DNA from: an uncultured virus (IMG/VR IMGVR_UViG_3300025168_000002)
Taxonomy: Duplodnaviria; Heunggongvirae; Uroviricota; Caudoviricetes; Crassvirales
Length of the DNA stretch: 64,000 bases
Direction: 5' to 3' (one strand)
Virus record (IMG/VR): IMGVR_UViG_3300025168_000002
Part shown: one piece after another, positions 35,801 through 45,041 of the stretch
How the letters are laid out: the number at the start of each line of letters is the position of its first letter
Numbering within the stretch: position 1 is the stretch's first letter
Made by a program: the position numbers and the translations under genes
Notes under the pieces: generated by a model
Seen by the model: the letters and a program-made list of their open reading frames with translations, nothing else
Database searches by the model: none
Told to the model about the DNA's origin: nothing

Positions 35801-36247
35801 AATTGCAAATCTACCTTTGTTGTATAAATCTTTTGTTTGATCTTGAGGAGTTACCTCTACTGGAAATTCTGGTGTATCATAAATTGAATCACTTGCTCCG
35901 CCAGGTTGAACTACACTACTTGTGTTAAACTGAACAGGCTCTACCTGTGAGTTAGCGGTTTGATCTAAAAAGTCCGATGAAATATTTTGATCCGTTGGAT
36001 CGGAAACAGACTCCGTAGGATCCGTTGGAGAAAAAGGCTTGAAATCGTCTTTTTTTTTTACCCCCCAAGCTGAAGAAAATGTTTCAAAATCTGTTTCAGT
36101 GCTTAAAAGCTTGTTTTCAATGCCTAAGTCATACAACCCTTGCTTTACTCTTTCGTCTGCCGTAGAAAACTGTTCAAAAGAAGTTTCAGCACTTAATAAT
36201 TTATTACTAAGATATAGGTCGTAAAGTTGTTTTAATTGCTCTTCCAT
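29807..36247 (-). CDS. Large internal virion (DNA ejection) protein
   Basis: 2146 aa; duplicated N-terminal motif, Ala/Gly hydrophobic segments, acidic linker, helical C-terminus; last of the trio after the GNAT gene, as in podoviruses. Confidence 0.65.
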   Translation of the reverse strand: MEEQLKQLYDLYLSNKLLSAETSFEQFSTADERVKQGLYDLGIENKLLSTETDFETFSSAWGVKKKDDFKPFSPTDPTESVSDPTDQNISSDFLDQTANSQVEPVQFNTSSVVQPGGASDSIYDTPEFPVEVTPQDQTKDLYNKGRFAIRGSQEKDTMLEELVGKNSVTDFIGDIYRAGKSGFIQGNTADEGLELLYDGADATSEDIQDFLAAQAALNANGQTDEMANFNNIYDNSENKAIGFLQGMAANPSVIFQLAAETITQMVNPASLGAAGTVIGTAAAGGAAVGALGGGVGAVPVALGAAFNPTTLRLAFGAAGGALETGLSFAQFLQKELDDRGLEMNEENIVKILNNEEALSSIRLNSLGRGGIIGTIDALAAGAGSTLVKRAAKAGASTTRRKIITGAADAIGGGTGETAAILATEGVDALDVREIGFETIGGLGKTPLTYAITKYRGKVAEYKIKGENVDSGLMAEAIYDSSDEAFMGMDIKIDNDPILKEAYDKRKMRLIAGEDIKAKLKEAGVDNPAILDKLVDLELEKNKFIGNDTEAGKKRLKEIKAEIEELSGVTTENLLTQDEKDALNDEIETDYENEIDALDDEYYEVDEENQKLKDEGKEYKMTEKEGMNTEEREAAYQAVEDKRQDRLTQLNEKTDAVQESSTEKVDAPKPAEDSPEMGDGDGLPTVAPNEKGKKNPNKDKSPKEVVDDEKKTKIKDAVRNYTIVKDDAGDVVSINDKEGKPLTGRKLAKAEKQIIEDTSVDDGKKVDANPSMTEDNYNEDIAENSENIREIAEAIEQEEERSKDKKEQSQEDQKNEDSRTYRGTISEADFARYNDKNNLPKDKRSRTWKFISKPVKDSLGRETNMGGEGFDNMIENIAEESGQTFQDVLDEYFDYILSEKEPKRNPRAILNALKDRFKKVAGVRPTKSNVKAAINKKVDSTQSQVAQEEAKLKDKERENVELQNEISETIFKRLTDMDFSKGFKSIRDYLKTLREDDKISFKQMSLIMDQIEKTSFDNEKSKDKTVNYIKKVLSEISEKSEQKTLRKLAAQAGKNIKKLIGRMLAGKEDGATISLEEQLSSLVNIDPSVIPNKVYKTYKSIIEQIGQRTKAFDNVEEAGIMAEKVQEVLAAVAEQEQTLPQLTQAFNNFEGKVLYKNGKVNYLDTIAKMLKENIITEEDAALMKKYKKDINSKPDAQPKTEEEIAEEKKVLINEIDNIKVDNDRTAPASPKSFPSEISRRAAYAFNKLIKDISALEGMSVDDLKLIIRTVDSLNKGYMPVSLISNLSSKLNANKNVAKVADKFSKFDFLSVSKLYAKVTSLFNKKDNFALNAIKRNTLYGIDQLLNNFGSMDLYNSLFKPMAKAYSSFKTANQQDGNLREKAAKLLNRQFLKNPNKIIESKYKQMLYRIQLEYISNPELRDKKLQSADKWLDESIRDYEKGTENPDKRVLNLLKKLQEDFVEDGELNNDKLFDSFSKREKEALKILQDIDTKNQEKAQFAAERRGEGFIPRVNYVHIAVKPSISDKVSDPNKDIIENFMSSSSVNRPSTKSKAGIERTGAVSPIYWDSFQASARGSKFTNLDYYMTDGVKESNYAVNKLISTVNEKNPAGVNENTQRILTALADAQKEVINNVLVDSYTDNTFADEIVSNIQKLGYRTMLAGAKRFSAEVIANMQFAITHPVLFAQGISKANSLPNATSLSTIMKNLGSSVTTRVTGSGLNSSKIDTGLLNTRETAADTLSSKMGNKIMQIWRLSGKNWGKGVAIIADSIISAPDKMITQPFWKATFANTFKKETGKNPDWTKIEANDEVYMTENKDALDASTDAADRWTNTVGSSDNPFMRSIKDANPKTVLGAVFANYNSFMLNFLKQEFISARQGTYELMGKGDRTRGQGAQLLAAVSLRMTAYTFVLKVMNDALFDALGLDDEDEDPKAIEQQLAQSLATSFTSLFLGRNFGNLNRAAQAYFIELGNEGFGQDLRDGEYDRYRDAIQYDVLGNAADGDKFLTSFLGAYTPLANSVLFGIKKYSEKDFKEAESRERQKREKTERVPIEILGNVGMVPLYKDVRELLIKDIYKDMGKNDVTYTKDELKKLKRNNPNTYKNYIFKKRSEKYNRDLTKYQEYIRNKRKWRKDNPRKSKPSKPKKPRR
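34108..34287 (-). CDS. Overprinted 59-aa basic protein nested in the +1 frame of the large virion gene
   Basis: MPFKSQAQRKWMHQNLPKIAQKWEMETDSLQSLPMRKERKTPTKTSRQRRSLMTRRRRK; A-rich leader; locally atypical codon usage in the host gene. Confidence 0.7.
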   Translation of the reverse strand: MPFKSQAQRKWMHQNLPKIAQKWEMETDSLQSLPMRKERKTPTKTSRQRRSLMTRRRRK

Positions 36248-36253
36248 GCTTTA

Positions 36254-37852
36254 TTATAATGGGTTACCAAAAGGATCTGTTGATGTGTCAGCTCTGTTCT
36301 CTTTTTGCATATTTATAAACCTTTTAGTTTGAGGGTTTATTACATTGTCTTGTAAAAATTTAATTATTTTATCTCCATCTTCATATTCTGAATCTCTAAT
36401 ACTAAATCCTTCAGGCGGGTAACGGAAAGTTTTATTACCTAAGGTTACAACAAAATGATCTTTTCCATCATCAATAAACTGAAAGTCTAATGCCTTTTCA
36501 TCCTCACCGTATTTACCTTCTGCCAAATCATTTAATATATTAGGATCCATTGTTCCTGTAATAATATTTTTAATAGCTTTTTTTACGTTAGCGTCTGAAG
36601 TAAAATCAAAGTTATCAGAGAACGATTCTATGTAATCATAAACAGATACTTGATCCTTACCTTCTCCCCCATAAACACCATAAGAATTATTAGAGTAATT
36701 AGCAGGCCTATATTTAGAATCCTCCAGTTCATCCTCTTCATTTTCTTTATTTTTTTCATCAATCATATCAAGCTCTCTCTTTTTCAAGTTGATACTTTCT
36801 CTTTGATACCTAGTGTAAACATCCCCTGGCTTACCTGACTCTTTACGATCAAGCATTAAAATCATTTTATCTTTAATTATTTCTCTTGCAGCATCAACTT
36901 GATCACTCCAGTTTGTTCCTTCTTTAACAGGCACAGGCACTCCATTAGAATCATACTCTACCAAAACCTTGTAGGGATCAGCAGCAGCTTCATCAGCATT
37001 ATCAGTAGGAGAATATTTACCGTTTATATCTCCTAAAATACTAAATACGGTATTATCGTTTACAGTATATTGTGCCGCTGTCTCGTCTAAAAATCCTTGT
37101 ATAGCATCACTTTCTAATGCTTGTTGCTGGCCTTCAATGCTAAAGACCTCTCCATTACTCTCAATAGTAGTTAAAATTAACTCTCCCAAAGAATCTACTT
37201 TAGTGTTTAAGGCTTTTGTAAGATTACCGTTGTGAGTTACATTATCAACTCTTGCATTAAACCTATTATTTATAACATTCATGCTAACGAATTGAGATGG
37301 ATCTGTTGGAAAACTACCATCTTCATTTCTTCTAACTAAAGAAAGCCTTCCTGTTGCTGGATTTACAAAACCCTGAACATCATTCAGATTTCCAAACGCA
37401 GCATTTTGCTTGCTAAACCAGGCTTCAAAAGAAGACCCCTCTCCGTCATCAATTCTTTTTTTCATTGAAGCATAATCACTTTCCCATCTTTTAGAAACAT
37501 TACCAAATTGCTTCCAATCTCCCAAAACCCTTTGTCTGCCTTGAGCTAACTCAGTTTGAGTTATTTGACCGTTTTCAAATAATTCGTTTTGTACTCTTAA
37601 AAAATTTGCTGATTCTCCTGACATATTAAGAGCTAAATCCTGCAAACTCCTATTAGTGTAATCTTCCTGGGTGTTTACGGTTTGTATATCGTCTTCGTTT
37701 CTAGCCCTTAACTCTGCTCTTTCTTCTTCTCTTTCTTTTCTAATTCTTAATAAATCAGTTGAAAGCTTATTTGCTACAGTTCCCCAATCTACAGTTGTTT
37801 TGTTTAAGTCTCTCTTGACGTAAGTACGGAAATTTATATCTTTTTTAGCCAT
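36254..37852 (-). CDS. Internal virion (ejection) protein
   Basis: 532 aa; N-terminal VDWGTVA...coiled coil; position between the other ejection candidates. Confidence 0.55.
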   Translation of the reverse strand: MAKKDINFRTYVKRDLNKTTVDWGTVANKLSTDLLRIRKEREEERAELRARNEDDIQTVNTQEDYTNRSLQDLALNMSGESANFLRVQNELFENGQITQTELAQGRQRVLGDWKQFGNVSKRWESDYASMKKRIDDGEGSSFEAWFSKQNAAFGNLNDVQGFVNPATGRLSLVRRNEDGSFPTDPSQFVSMNVINNRFNARVDNVTHNGNLTKALNTKVDSLGELILTTIESNGEVFSIEGQQQALESDAIQGFLDETAAQYTVNDNTVFSILGDINGKYSPTDNADEAAADPYKVLVEYDSNGVPVPVKEGTNWSDQVDAAREIIKDKMILMLDRKESGKPGDVYTRYQRESINLKKRELDMIDEKNKENEEDELEDSKYRPANYSNNSYGVYGGEGKDQVSVYDYIESFSDNFDFTSDANVKKAIKNIITGTMDPNILNDLAEGKYGEDEKALDFQFIDDGKDHFVVTLGNKTFRYPPEGFSIRDSEYEDGDKIIKFLQDNVINPQTKRFINMQKENRADTSTDPFGNPL

Positions 37853-37861
37853 AAGTTACTT

Positions 37862-38743
37862 TTAATATTTTCTAAATCGGTTATCTCCTAATCTTTTCAT
37901 TCTATCTTCAAAAGAAAAACCATAATCAACATCTATAATTCCAGAAGGAGAGAATGGATTCATAAAAAGTTTATCTGAAAATTTTAAACCTCCGCCCTGA
38001 GTATATAAATCACTTGGAATGAAAGAATTTTGGTTTTTATTAAACATATTTAGATTAGGGTTAGAAACGCTAGCAGTAGTTGGGTTTTGATAATTTCCAA
38101 CTTTATTAACAGATAAGCCATCATTGTTAACCTTAAGAGCTGTTGTATTTCCAGCTTTAGTAACTAGAGTATTCATAGGATCCATTTTCTTTTTAGGGTA
38201 TAATGCCTGAGATTCTGCCGCAGAAGTTATACCTCCTATAAATGCATTAGCCGCACCAGCTTGTAAAGCACCTACCTGTTCATCAGCTTGAGCCGCTCTT
38301 GCCGCTTGATCTTGAGCCGCCGCAACATCCATTTGTATTAACTGCTGATTCATATCATCTTTATTTCCAGCTTTTATTTTATCTAACTCAAACATTTCTT
38401 TAGCTTTCATAGCTCTTAGCTGCTCTGTGTTTTGATTTGCCAACATTCCCACCCTTCCAACACCAGCGGCTAAAGTTCTTGAGTCTGCTTGTTGAAGAGC
38501 TTCAATGTTTTGCTGTTGTTGTTGTAAATTTGCTTTTTCAGCTTGCTCATAAGCGTCCATAGGCATTTTTAATCCTTCGTAAAAATCTTTTTCTACTTTC
38601 CTTTTAGCATCAGCCATTAATTCAGATGCTCTATCATCAGCTTTTGTTTGTCTATCTCTTGCTTCTGCGGCCTGTATTAGATTCATACCTCCACCTAATG
38701 CGGCCCCACCTAAAGCTATTATTGTTGCTGTTGCTAATGCCAT
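37862..38743 (-). CDS. Internal virion (ejection) protein, T7 gp14-like
   Basis: Hydrophobic Ala/Gly N-terminus and Q/A-rich coiled coil. Confidence 0.6.
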   Translation of the reverse strand: MALATATIIALGGAALGGGMNLIQAAEARDRQTKADDRASELMADAKRKVEKDFYEGLKMPMDAYEQAEKANLQQQQQNIEALQQADSRTLAAGVGRVGMLANQNTEQLRAMKAKEMFELDKIKAGNKDDMNQQLIQMDVAAAQDQAARAAQADEQVGALQAGAANAFIGGITSAAESQALYPKKKMDPMNTLVTKAGNTTALKVNNDGLSVNKVGNYQNPTTASVSNPNLNMFNKNQNSFIPSDLYTQGGGLKFSDKLFMNPFSPSGIIDVDYGFSFEDRMKRLGDNRFRKY

Positions 38744-38744
38744 A

Positions 38745-39146
38745 TTATATTTTTTTTATCATTTCTGTTCCGTTTTGATCTCCTGTTCCAAACCCTAATT
38801 CCTGATATATTTCAATTAATGATTTACTCTTTAAAAGCGAATATACATATTTCTTTCCTAAGTTAGCTGAGAGCGATGTTATGGTTTGCACTAACATAAA
38901 TAAAGCCTCCTTTCTAATCTTTCTATCTTTAAACTTAAAACTAGATATAATCCATTCTAATAAAACAACATTAGAATTTGTTATATACATATACCCAGCA
39001 CAAATAGGCTCATCATTATAATAAACCATATACCCCGTTTCTGGTAGAAAATCTTTTTTAGGGGCAGTCCACTTCCAATCTTTCCACCAACCACACAATA
39101 TATTATCATAATCGTTATCACTTAGTGGTTTGATATTTAAAGCCAT
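38745..39146 (-). CDS. GNAT-fold acetyltransferase-like protein (T7 gp13-like position)
   Basis: IKPLSDNDY...ICAGYMY...LEWIIS...YQELGF. Confidence 0.65.
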   Translation of the reverse strand: MALNIKPLSDNDYDNILCGWWKDWKWTAPKKDFLPETGYMVYYNDEPICAGYMYITNSNVVLLEWIISSFKFKDRKIRKEALFMLVQTITSLSANLGKKYVYSLLKSKSLIEIYQELGFGTGDQNGTEMIKKI

Positions 39147-39166
39147 CTATGCAAAGATAATAAAAT

Positions 39167-39919
39167 CTATGGATAACTTTTCATCACACTACTCCCTACG
39201 GAAAACAGTTCAACTGGAGTCGTGTCTGTGTTTTCTAGCTTAAATCTCATAAAATACCCACGGGCTCCGTATGATTCTGCAACAGGATTTTTATAGTAAA
39301 AAGCAAACTGATTTGGTAATGGATTGTTTAATACTACCGCAATAGTTACGGTGTTTGTTGCCTGGTTAATAGCTGTAATTATTCCTGTAGGACGAGAAGA
39401 TGTTGGTGTTACCTGATGGTACAGTGTATCTCCAACACTAACTATATTACCTAGACTAACACTAAATACAACATCTATACCTACAAAAGCTACATTTACA
39501 GCTGTTATAGATCCTATTCCGTTTGCTGATCTTAATTTAAAATTAACTGTAGTACTTTTGTTTCTAATAAACGTAAACCACTCCCCTTCTTTTTGTTTAA
39601 AGTATGTGTTTAGCATATTACCAGTGCTCAGGTCAGTTGTTAATTCGTTTACCCCCCACGAAGCATCACTTTCTAACGACATTGTTTTAAAAAGTTTTAC
39701 TGTTTGAGGTTCAACATTAAAAACTCCAGTAATGTTTGAATTATATTGAACGTTATAATAATTATTTCTTACTTCATTTGTATTATGCCTAAACAGTTGG
39801 CCGTTATTAAAAGAATAAAAATAACTATTCATACCCATCATGTATTCAGGTAGAAAAGAATAAAAAGACGGCCATCCTTTCACTCCGTCACTATAAGATA
39901 ATGTTTCTTTAATTGCCAT
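39167..39919 (-). CDS. Tail protein
   Basis: GWPSFYSFLPEYM...VKLFKTMSLES...ESYGARGYFM resembles the C-terminal part of tail nozzle/stabilisation proteins. Confidence 0.6.
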   Translation of the reverse strand: MAIKETLSYSDGVKGWPSFYSFLPEYMMGMNSYFYSFNNGQLFRHNTNEVRNNYYNVQYNSNITGVFNVEPQTVKLFKTMSLESDASWGVNELTTDLSTGNMLNTYFKQKEGEWFTFIRNKSTTVNFKLRSANGIGSITAVNVAFVGIDVVFSVSLGNIVSVGDTLYHQVTPTSSRPTGIITAINQATNTVTIAVVLNNPLPNQFAFYYKNPVAESYGARGYFMRFKLENTDTTPVELFSVGSSVMKSYP

Positions 39920-39920
39920 A

Positions 39921-40088
39921 TTAACAGTTTACAAAAGCCAAAAGCCTTCCATTTAATTGTTCTCTTACTCTACCATTAGATGAATAAAATCCGTCAGGAG
40001 CTGGAGTAGTTAACGCCTGATCTGTATACATAGCATAAGCAAACTCAAAGTCATTTCCATCATGCCAAAAATTTAAAAATTGTGCCAT
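39921..40088 (-). CDS. 55-aa structural microprotein
   Basis: Hand-translated MAQFLNFWHDGNDFEFAYAMYTDQALTTPAPDGFYSSNGRVREQLNGRLLAFVNC; resembles the C-terminal ADVGFYF...NGEVL..C module of the upstream gene. Confidence 0.65.
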   Translation of the reverse strand: MAQFLNFWHDGNDFEFAYAMYTDQALTTPAPDGFYSSNGRVREQLNGRLLAFVNC

Positions 40089-40093
40089 ATCTT

Positions 40094-43000
40094 TTAATTA
40101 CAAGGGAATAAATTAACACTCAATACTTCTCCGTTAGCCCCAACCTCTATTACACTTTGAGCTCTACTAAAATAAAATCCTACATCAGCTGGTACACCCC
40201 CAAAACAACAATTAGCTGGGTTAGAACCGCAAGCTTTATACGCTATATCTCCAACCACAGGCTCGTTTGTTGATGGTGCACCAGGTGCTGCCGAATGCCA
40301 GAAACCTGCGTACGCCCCTGGATTGTTAAGCCATAAACCGTTAGGGCCATTTCCTCCATTACAAGCCAAAGCAGCAGTTGTTTGCACAGCAGGATCCATT
40401 ATAAAATTAGACGGGCCTATACAGGGTTGATTAACCGAACACCCAACACAAGCATCTGCCTGACTTACTGAAGAATAACAAAAGTCGTTATTTTGTCTAT
40501 CTCTTAAATCCCAAACTAAATACAATGTTTGTGTGCTAGACGTTATAGATAAATTGGCTGAAGTAGCTTTGTAAATTTGATTAACTCCATTAGCATCTGG
40601 CTGAGAACCTATAATAGGTGTAGACTCATTAGTTAATAACGTTAAATCAAAAGTAGACCCACTAGACGCTGGAACAGCGTTACTTGTTATTGCATAAAAT
40701 CTATTTTCTGTATCATTAAAAACATAAGTATCATTTGGAAACTTGTTAGCTTTCATTGTAACTGTAGATCCATTACTAGGATATAATCCTATAGAAGTCT
40801 GTCCTGTATTAATTGAATACGCACTTACATTATTTGTTGCACTAAAAGTTACTTGATTTGAATCTAAAGGACTAGTAAACTGTCCGTTACTCCATCTGTA
40901 TTCGTAATGAATAGTTTGTGCTCCTGAACTAATTAATCCGCTAATTGGAGTTCCTAAAACAACTTGTACTACATTTAAAGTTTGAGTTGTAACGCAATTA
41001 AAAAACAAATTATAAGAAGAAGATGAGTTAGGGGTAATAGTAATAGTAGCTGTAGTAGGGAATGGAGCGGCTTTTTGAAATGTTATTACACTGGAAGTAG
41101 TTAGATTATTGCTTGTTGTAATATTATTGTTCCAGTCAATTATAGAATTTATATCCATTCCTGGTGAAGCAGAATTTATCACAACATCTACATTACCAGT
41201 AGCTGTTCCTAGCTCAACAGTTAAAGTTAAAGGTGTAGAGCTGTTAATTCTTTGTATTTGAGCACCACAATCTATAGTCGAGGCAGGGAAAGGAACAGGT
41301 GTAGAGTTAGAAGAAAAAACATATTCGTTCATATAAGGATCGTAACCCCCTAGTTTTTGTGTGTTTAGTTGGTCTGCAAATTTATCTCTAAAATAAGACC
41401 TCATTCCATAAGTAGATATAACCTCTAACTGATCGCTTTTCATTGTTGCACCAGTAAGTTTTAGTATAGCACCTCTCTTTGTATCACTAAAATACACATC
41501 TCTTCCCCAGCTTGTAAAACTTTCAGGGTTAAAACTTATTCCATACTCTTCTATTCTAGCTACTTGCTGACCTAATATTTCTGGAACAGAAACTATAACT
41601 CCGCCGCCAGTAGAATCACTTAATAAATTTTTATTAACCAAGACATAAGATATTTTGTCTTCTTGTAAAAGTAATATATCTGTTTCTCTTGAATGTAATT
41701 TCATTATAGGCCCGTACACTAACTCACAGTCTTTAAAGTTTACCAAGCCTAAATTAAATTCATTTAAATTATTTACATTACTTGTTCCGCTATATACCCC
41801 GCTATATGTTAAGCTCGCTAATCTGTCTGCTTCTTTAAATTCATTATTAGACACCGCTGTTACTCTTTCTCCTAAAATAAAATCTTTTGCCGTAGACAAA
41901 TCTCTATACCTATAGCTTTCAACTCCATTACCATAAGTAAAACAATCGTGAAAAGGTAGGGTAACGATTGCAGGAATACCTGAGGAAATAACCTGGTTTT
42001 GACCAACGATTGTTCCGTCCCCATAATGAGCAAGATCTCCATTTATATCAGGAAGAATATTATACATTTCAGAAGAGTCATAAAACAAGCTTGGATCGGA
42101 CTCAGCTGGTTTTGTCTCAAAAGCCATAAAGTTGTCGTTTATGCTAATAGAAATCTGTGCTTCAATACGCAAATGAAAGTTTACTCCAGGAGCAGGGTAA
42201 CACCCTTCACTACACATTCTCATACCTAAAAACAAAGGACTTCCTGAGTTTGTCTGTACCCAATAAAACTGCATTTCTTCGTCAACTTCAGCAGGAGTAT
42301 CTCCTGGTAAAAACACTTGATCGTAATATCTAAAAGTAATATCTTCATCTCCTCTAGAAACCATAAAAAGAGCTGGGTTAATATTTTCTTGATTCCAAAA
42401 ATCTCTAAAACTTACCGCATCTTGACTAGCTTTTACTATGTAGTTTTTAGGAGAACTCACACCTAATAAAGACTTTCTGCAAAATACAGACGAATCATTT
42501 CTTCTTGTTTTAAATCTCATGCTTACGACTGATCCTAAAGGAATAGCAATAGGTGCTAATGTGATAGGTCTGTGAACAGGATACTCTATGAGAGGATTTT
42601 CTTGTAAATTTGTTTGGCCAAGAACATTATAAGTTCTTGCGTCAAGAAATTGAAGATCTATTATTGAAAGAAGATTTGTTCTAGCACTATACCCTTGAGG
42701 TTGTAATTTCATATACAGCCCTGCTGGAGCACCTGTTGGCAGTGGGGATACTGGCGGAGTTATGGTTGTATCTCCTGCGGCTAAAGCCTCTACCTCTAAA
42801 ACTGTAGTTTCAACTAAACCTAGCACGGCATCTCCAGTGCTTTCAACTTTAACAGTCAGTATATCTCCCTTAGAAACTAAAGAGGTAGACTCTCCTTGAA
42901 GTCTAACGTATGAAATATTAGCTTGTTGAAAGTCTTGAAATATTTGATTGCTATATATAATATTATAATCTCCAAAAGAAGGCTTTAAAACAAACTTATA

Positions 43001-45040
43001 TTTTGTTGCCCAAGAAGGAGGCCTGTTTTCAATATTAATTTTTATTGTATTAATATCAATAGAAGTGCTTGAATCAAAAAACACAGTGTTGTTTGGAGAC
43101 ACTAATGCAGTTGACGCTCTTCCAAACTCATCCATATATATTATAGCCGCGTCATAATTTCTGTTACTATGAAGACTAGAAGAATCAGAAACACTTGAAA
43201 AAACAAAATTACAATCCGAAGACTCTCCTCTGTATGGTAGTATGTTTTGTGTTATGCTTGTAAAAGAATAACTAAAATATTCATACACATTCACTATAGC
43301 ACCCCCTCCCCCAGGATTGTACTGGTACTGAATAGCTGGGACTTGAATTTTAAAAGTGTTTCCAGAAACAACTAATCTAAATCCTTGCTGCGATGGTGAA
43401 GAAGAAAATTTTCCAGAATTTACAAATTCATATTGTACTGGCGAACTAGGTGCATTAATTACTTTATATAATTCATCCGTTAAAGAAAGGCCATACACCG
43501 CAGTTGGTGAAATAGGAGTAATAGTATTACTATCTCCTATAGCGGCAGCAAACTCATTACTTAATAAAAAATCATTAAAAGAAACATAATTGCCTTGAGC
43601 CACTACAATAGTTTCAATAGAAAATTCTGTTGATGGCGTGTTAGTTGAAAATGTAGTAGGAAAATTAGAACTACCTGTATCCCCTCCTAAAGGTGTATTA
43701 TAAGGAGCAGGCTGAACAACGCCAGAAGTTAGTTTTACTCTTAATGTAAATTGAGAATTTATTAATATTGGAAGAGAAATACCTAAATCATCTAAATCAA
43801 ATGTAGCTGTATCTAAAGAAACCTGAAGTGACGCAGCAGGATTTATTATGTTTGTTGCGGTTGTTGTTAAAATTGCTGAAACATTAGCATTTACTACTGG
43901 TACTGAGCTAGTTGAGGCAGTAAAGTCAATAGGTATTTCCGCACCATCAGAAGTAGTTATGTTATATTGATCTACATAATTACCATAAATCAGTCTGTTT
44001 CCCATTATAGTTTGAGACTTTGCTAAACGAGGAACATTATCATACAACCTTAACAATTCGTCTTGACCTATAAGGCTTAATATTTTTGAATTAGTAAAGT
44101 TTACTGTTTGCAAACTATTATCAGACCATCCTAAATCAGTTTTTTTATACCTTTCTATTACAAAAATATTATTGCTTACCGACTCTTTATAAAGTAATTC
44201 AACAGCAATAACTAATTTACCTCCCGTATTAAAAGTTACTTCAACACCATTAAATGTGTTCTCCATACCTTCGTTGTAATAATTACTAGGATCAAAAAAA
44301 AACGCCCCTGGTTCAAAAGCTGAAGTAGTGTATAATGATGTAGCACTATATTCGTTATCAAGATATTGATAGCGATATGCAAAACACAAAAACCTATCAA
44401 CTATATAATTCTCCTCTCCAGGAACATTAACTAATTTAATATCAGGACGAGCAAGCTCATACTCTGTAACGCCTAAAGATGTAGTATAAGAACTAAATCC
44501 TGGAGGCTTAACGATAACATTTAACTCTTCTGCTGAAATCTGATCCACCCCAGCTAAAGGTTCTGAATAATTTCTTTTTATATTTATTTTTCGTGGAGGA
44601 TTAAAGTCGTCTGTAAAAAACAGCAAGTCTTCTATTAAACTTACACCAGTTACTAAAAACTTTGGATCAAAATTTAATACGGTTTCACTAACCACATGAT
44701 ATGTTACAGACTGACCTGTAGTATTATACGATATAATCATATCAACTACTCCTGAACTTGAGGTTGCAGAAGAAGGGTCGTGAACAAACCAATAAATATT
44801 TTCGTTTACTCCATCTGAAAAAGCACCTATACAAGTAGCGTCTCCTGACAAAACTTGTCCATTATAACTAATACTAGTAAGTTTCGTGTTGCCTTTTGAG
44901 TTTTCTACAGCACCGATCTCAGTAGTTTCTGTTGATCCTAGCCTTACATTAAGAGCGTCTATATATTGTCCTGGAGGTACTAAGCGTTCATCAACGCTTT
45001 TATTCATTTTACCAGCTATAAAATTCGTGTTAATATCCAT
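40094..45040 (-). CDS. Tail nozzle / stabilisation protein
   Basis: GKMNKSVDERLVPPGQYIDALNVR N-terminus, LLFFTDDFNPPRKIN, GNRLIYGNY, YGISFNPESF; beta-propeller-like. Confidence 0.75.
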   Translation of the reverse strand: MDINTNFIAGKMNKSVDERLVPPGQYIDALNVRLGSTETTEIGAVENSKGNTKLTSISYNGQVLSGDATCIGAFSDGVNENIYWFVHDPSSATSSSGVVDMIISYNTTGQSVTYHVVSETVLNFDPKFLVTGVSLIEDLLFFTDDFNPPRKINIKRNYSEPLAGVDQISAEELNVIVKPPGFSSYTTSLGVTEYELARPDIKLVNVPGEENYIVDRFLCFAYRYQYLDNEYSATSLYTTSAFEPGAFFFDPSNYYNEGMENTFNGVEVTFNTGGKLVIAVELLYKESVSNNIFVIERYKKTDLGWSDNSLQTVNFTNSKILSLIGQDELLRLYDNVPRLAKSQTIMGNRLIYGNYVDQYNITTSDGAEIPIDFTASTSSVPVVNANVSAILTTTATNIINPAASLQVSLDTATFDLDDLGISLPILINSQFTLRVKLTSGVVQPAPYNTPLGGDTGSSNFPTTFSTNTPSTEFSIETIVVAQGNYVSFNDFLLSNEFAAAIGDSNTITPISPTAVYGLSLTDELYKVINAPSSPVQYEFVNSGKFSSSPSQQGFRLVVSGNTFKIQVPAIQYQYNPGGGGAIVNVYEYFSYSFTSITQNILPYRGESSDCNFVFSSVSDSSSLHSNRNYDAAIIYMDEFGRASTALVSPNNTVFFDSSTSIDINTIKINIENRPPSWATKYKFVLKPSFGDYNIIYSNQIFQDFQQANISYVRLQGESTSLVSKGDILTVKVESTGDAVLGLVETTVLEVEALAAGDTTITPPVSPLPTGAPAGLYMKLQPQGYSARTNLLSIIDLQFLDARTYNVLGQTNLQENPLIEYPVHRPITLAPIAIPLGSVVSMRFKTRRNDSSVFCRKSLLGVSSPKNYIVKASQDAVSFRDFWNQENINPALFMVSRGDEDITFRYYDQVFLPGDTPAEVDEEMQFYWVQTNSGSPLFLGMRMCSEGCYPAPGVNFHLRIEAQISISINDNFMAFETKPAESDPSLFYDSSEMYNILPDINGDLAHYGDGTIVGQNQVISSGIPAIVTLPFHDCFTYGNGVESYRYRDLSTAKDFILGERVTAVSNNEFKEADRLASLTYSGVYSGTSNVNNLNEFNLGLVNFKDCELVYGPIMKLHSRETDILLLQEDKISYVLVNKNLLSDSTGGGVIVSVPEILGQQVARIEEYGISFNPESFTSWGRDVYFSDTKRGAILKLTGATMKSDQLEVISTYGMRSYFRDKFADQLNTQKLGGYDPYMNEYVFSSNSTPVPFPASTIDCGAQIQRINSSTPLTLTVELGTATGNVDVVINSASPGMDINSIIDWNNNITTSNNLTTSSVITFQKAAPFPTTATITITPNSSSSYNLFFNCVTTQTLNVVQVVLGTPISGLISSGAQTIHYEYRWSNGQFTSPLDSNQVTFSATNNVSAYSINTGQTSIGLYPSNGSTVTMKANKFPNDTYVFNDTENRFYAITSNAVPASSGSTFDLTLLTNESTPIIGSQPDANGVNQIYKATSANLSITSSTQTLYLVWDLRDRQNNDFCYSSVSQADACVGCSVNQPCIGPSNFIMDPAVQTTAALACNGGNGPNGLWLNNPGAYAGFWHSAAPGAPSTNEPVVGDIAYKACGSNPANCCFGGVPADVGFYFSRAQSVIEVGANGEVLSVNLFPCN

Positions 45041-45041
45041 A

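Noticed and set aside
29807..36247. Possible virion RNA polymerase, as in crAss-like or N4-like phages
   Set aside because: I found no DxDxD/DFDID-type catalytic motif or T7-type polymerase motifs, and host-type promoters are abundant.
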